From the human T2T-CHM13v2.0 reference genome, Homo sapiens, in the NCBI RefSeq assembly GCF_009914755.1, contig NC_060944.1: a stretch of 64,000 bases of DNA. One strand, 5' to 3'. The notes under the pieces were generated by a model that did no database searches, was not told the DNA's origin, and saw only the letters and a program-made list of their open reading frames with translations. The first letter of the stretch is position 1. The number at the start of each line of letters is the position of its first letter. Below, piece by piece: positions 61,262 through 64,000 of the stretch. The position numbers and the translations under genes are program-made.

Positions 61262-64000
61262 ATCTCCGTCTCTCTTTCAGGAAGATCCATTGTTTCCCCA
61301 TCATAGGAATTTTTAAAAAGTAAAAGCGAACTCTGCCTTTGTTCTGATTTATGATTGCTTACTCAAGGAAGACCAAGACTTTGTGGTTGTGGCCTTCCTT
61401 TGGCAGATAAAGTAAGGCACAGAGTGTGGCACAGTCATCAAGGGTCACTTGGATGGTCATGGCAGCACTGCTATTTGAAGCTAGTGGCTTGGCTCCTGAT
61501 CCAGTGCTCTTTCTGTCATACTAAACTGCCTCAGTAGTGTTAGAGGATGACCCCACTTATGAATGAATGTAAAAAGTACCATCATTCTCAAAGTTTAATG
61601 TATTTGGGGGAAAAAGTAGTTGAATAATAAAATGTCCATGTGTCTGTAGACTTTCTTCCTAGATGAGACAAGATCATATCTGCACCTTAGAAAGAGCTCC
61701 TTTGTTATTATTTGGTATTTAGCTCAGTGCTTGGGGGGAACCAAGGTGAAACCAGATGTCATTGCATTTCTAGGACAGCCTTGCAAGTCAGCAAAGGAGG
61801 CCAGCCCCATTTGCTGCAGTTGTATGTGCTGAGGGACCACTGCATCATTTATTAGACATGCATAGCTTGGGATAAAAAGCACTGCCTTTTTCCAGGAGTC
61901 CTCTTGGTATTAATACAGCTACATGATGACATCTTGGTGAGTCACTAGAGTCCTCAGGAGGAGGAGGATACCAGTCGACAGGCAGTGCAGATTATCCAAA
62001 AGCCAGCCTCCCCTTCTCCCCAGATATGCACATGGCCAAGCTTGGTTTTACCCACTCTCTTCAAAGATTAGTGGATTTGAGGTCGGGAAACCTGAACAGG
62101 AAGACCAGTTGTGCTGTTTAACCAGTCAGCTGAATTTTGACCAACCTATTAACCTTTCTAGGTTCTTGTTTTCTCACTTGTAAGGTAGGGAGAATAGTGT
62201 CTACCTTACAGAATATATACAAATACTGCAGAATCAACAGCATGGTACAAGAGTGGTACATTTGTACGTTCGTTGTTCTTCCACTAGCTTTGACAAAAAC
62301 CGGCTAGTTTTTGAAGAAGGTGGATTGCATAATACTTGAATTGACTGTTTAGAAATAAATTACCCCTATATTTTATTTATTTATGGACCTTTGCTAATTT
62401 TGAGAAGAAATTTGTGTTTTCTCTTCCTTGTGTAATATTCATTTGTTTTATAGTGAAAAGTTGCCAGTACATTTTCAGGTATAATCTTTAAAAAGGTGGC
62501 CACCACATCAGCTTAAAATACTGCTAGCATTGCCCTGCCCACCACCCAAAGTGTCACTACATACCTGAGAAGGACATGACCAGTGCATTTTTCCCATTTC
62601 TGAAAACCCTTGGAATGCACTAGCTATTCGGGAAGGCTGTAAATCATTATTTTAAAGAGAGGAGGGAGGGAGGGGGAAGGAAAGAAAGAGAGGAGGGAAG
62701 CAGGAAGGTGGGAAGAGAGGGAGGGTTGATGGTAATGATGTCTGCCCATGGAGCTGGCACCTGTGCTGGCCAGAGGGATCAAGGTTTTGAAGGCACACAG
62801 GTTCAGATTGTGACATGGAAAGCCAGATGTCTTTCAGAGAAACCCTGTGAAGCTCTTTTTACCTTTTCACATTACCCTGATATTCAAGGGACCTTACATT
62901 GTGCTTCAAAAGTTCAGGCTCTGACCTATCATGCTATTTTCTTCAGAACACGGCAGATCACTTATTGGGTCCTTAAAAAAACTCCCTTTTATAAACTTAG
63001 GTGGTAAAGTAACAGTTGGACACAGGCATAACCTAAACTTTTTGTGTCAGTGGATTATAATATGTGGGCTTTCCCAAAGAGTTGCTTTAGGCCCTGGCCC
63101 CTTGGACCTGTGATTTGAATCCTTTTCTTTGTCCTTTACATGGGTGCTCGTCTCATCTCATTTTTATTGTAGCCCCTTCTGAGGTTTGTGCTTTTTGGAT
63201 GAGGTCACATGGTAGATAGGGGGTGCAGGGGGCTTTCTGTTTGCATTCACTGGCCCAGAATACTGTGGTTTTGGCCCCTTGCTCCATGATACATACTATC
63301 AACTAGAGATGGTTTTGAATTATTTAATCTGGACCTCAGCAAAATAGGTACACTTAAATAGAGATTGAAGAAAGGGAGGTTGGAATTTTTTCCTCCTGAG
63401 ATTTCAAATGTAAGGAATAAAGAACTTTTTGAATTAACGAATTGTTTTGAGGCAGTGGGGATCTTCCCATTTGTTCTAGCTTTACAAAATTAAATCTATT
63501 TTCTGAACTGTACGGTGGGAAAATATTTTTAAGGTACATAATTTCTGAAAATGTCTTTGTGGTAAGCTGTTAGTGGTTGTGGATTTTTTTTTTTTTTTAG
63601 TGCTTCAGTTAATAATGAGGGAGTTTTCCATTAATATTCCAAACCATGTTTGCCAGCGGATACAGCAGGTGAAGTGGTAAAATTATGGGCCCATCAAAAA
63701 TACTTATGCTTCCTGTAATATGATATTAAGTTTAATATTTTTATAACCTTCACTGAATTCTAATTTCACTAAAGTAGCAAGCATGCGTCCATTTGCAGTT
63801 CAGTTATGCACATTGGTTGCCTGTGTCCCAAGCAAATTAGAAATGCAAAATATCTGTGTGTGGAGGGGGGCATTGGAAAGAGTCATTAAAGATACCGATA
63901 TTTAGTTACAGATACACTTTACTAAGTGTACCTTGGGAATTGAAAATGGATTAAAGACAAACACAAAACTCCCAGTGTCTGAATCTGTATTTTAAATTAG

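Overview
Human (or very close hominid) genomic DNA recognisable as the RAB22A-VAPB locus (chr20q13.32), both genes on the + strand. The window opens in the last intron of RAB22A. It contains the terminal coding exon (567-664, ending SCC-stop) and a ~7.8 kb 3'UTR with several poly(A) signals. A ~21 kb repeat-rich intergenic region follows (Alus, L1/L2/MIR, nested MLT1>MER21>THE1 LTRs, an LTR33/ERVL remnant, a 500 bp CT tract). Next come the VAPB CpG-island promoter, exon 1 (ATG 30428), a 28.7 kb intron 1, exon 2 (59189-59341; wild-type T46 and P56 codons) and the start of intron 2. Nearly all ORFs in the supplied track are repeat or low-complexity artefacts. I see no new multi-gene system. The most unusual signal is a young, 5'-truncated antisense SVA in VAPB intron 1. 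Its VNTR/Alu-like half carries about two dozen strand-biased A>G changes (SVA sense), consistent with an A-to-I hyper-edited RNA having been retrotransposed into the genome. Repeat subfamily calls and the SVA consensus are from memory, not from a search.
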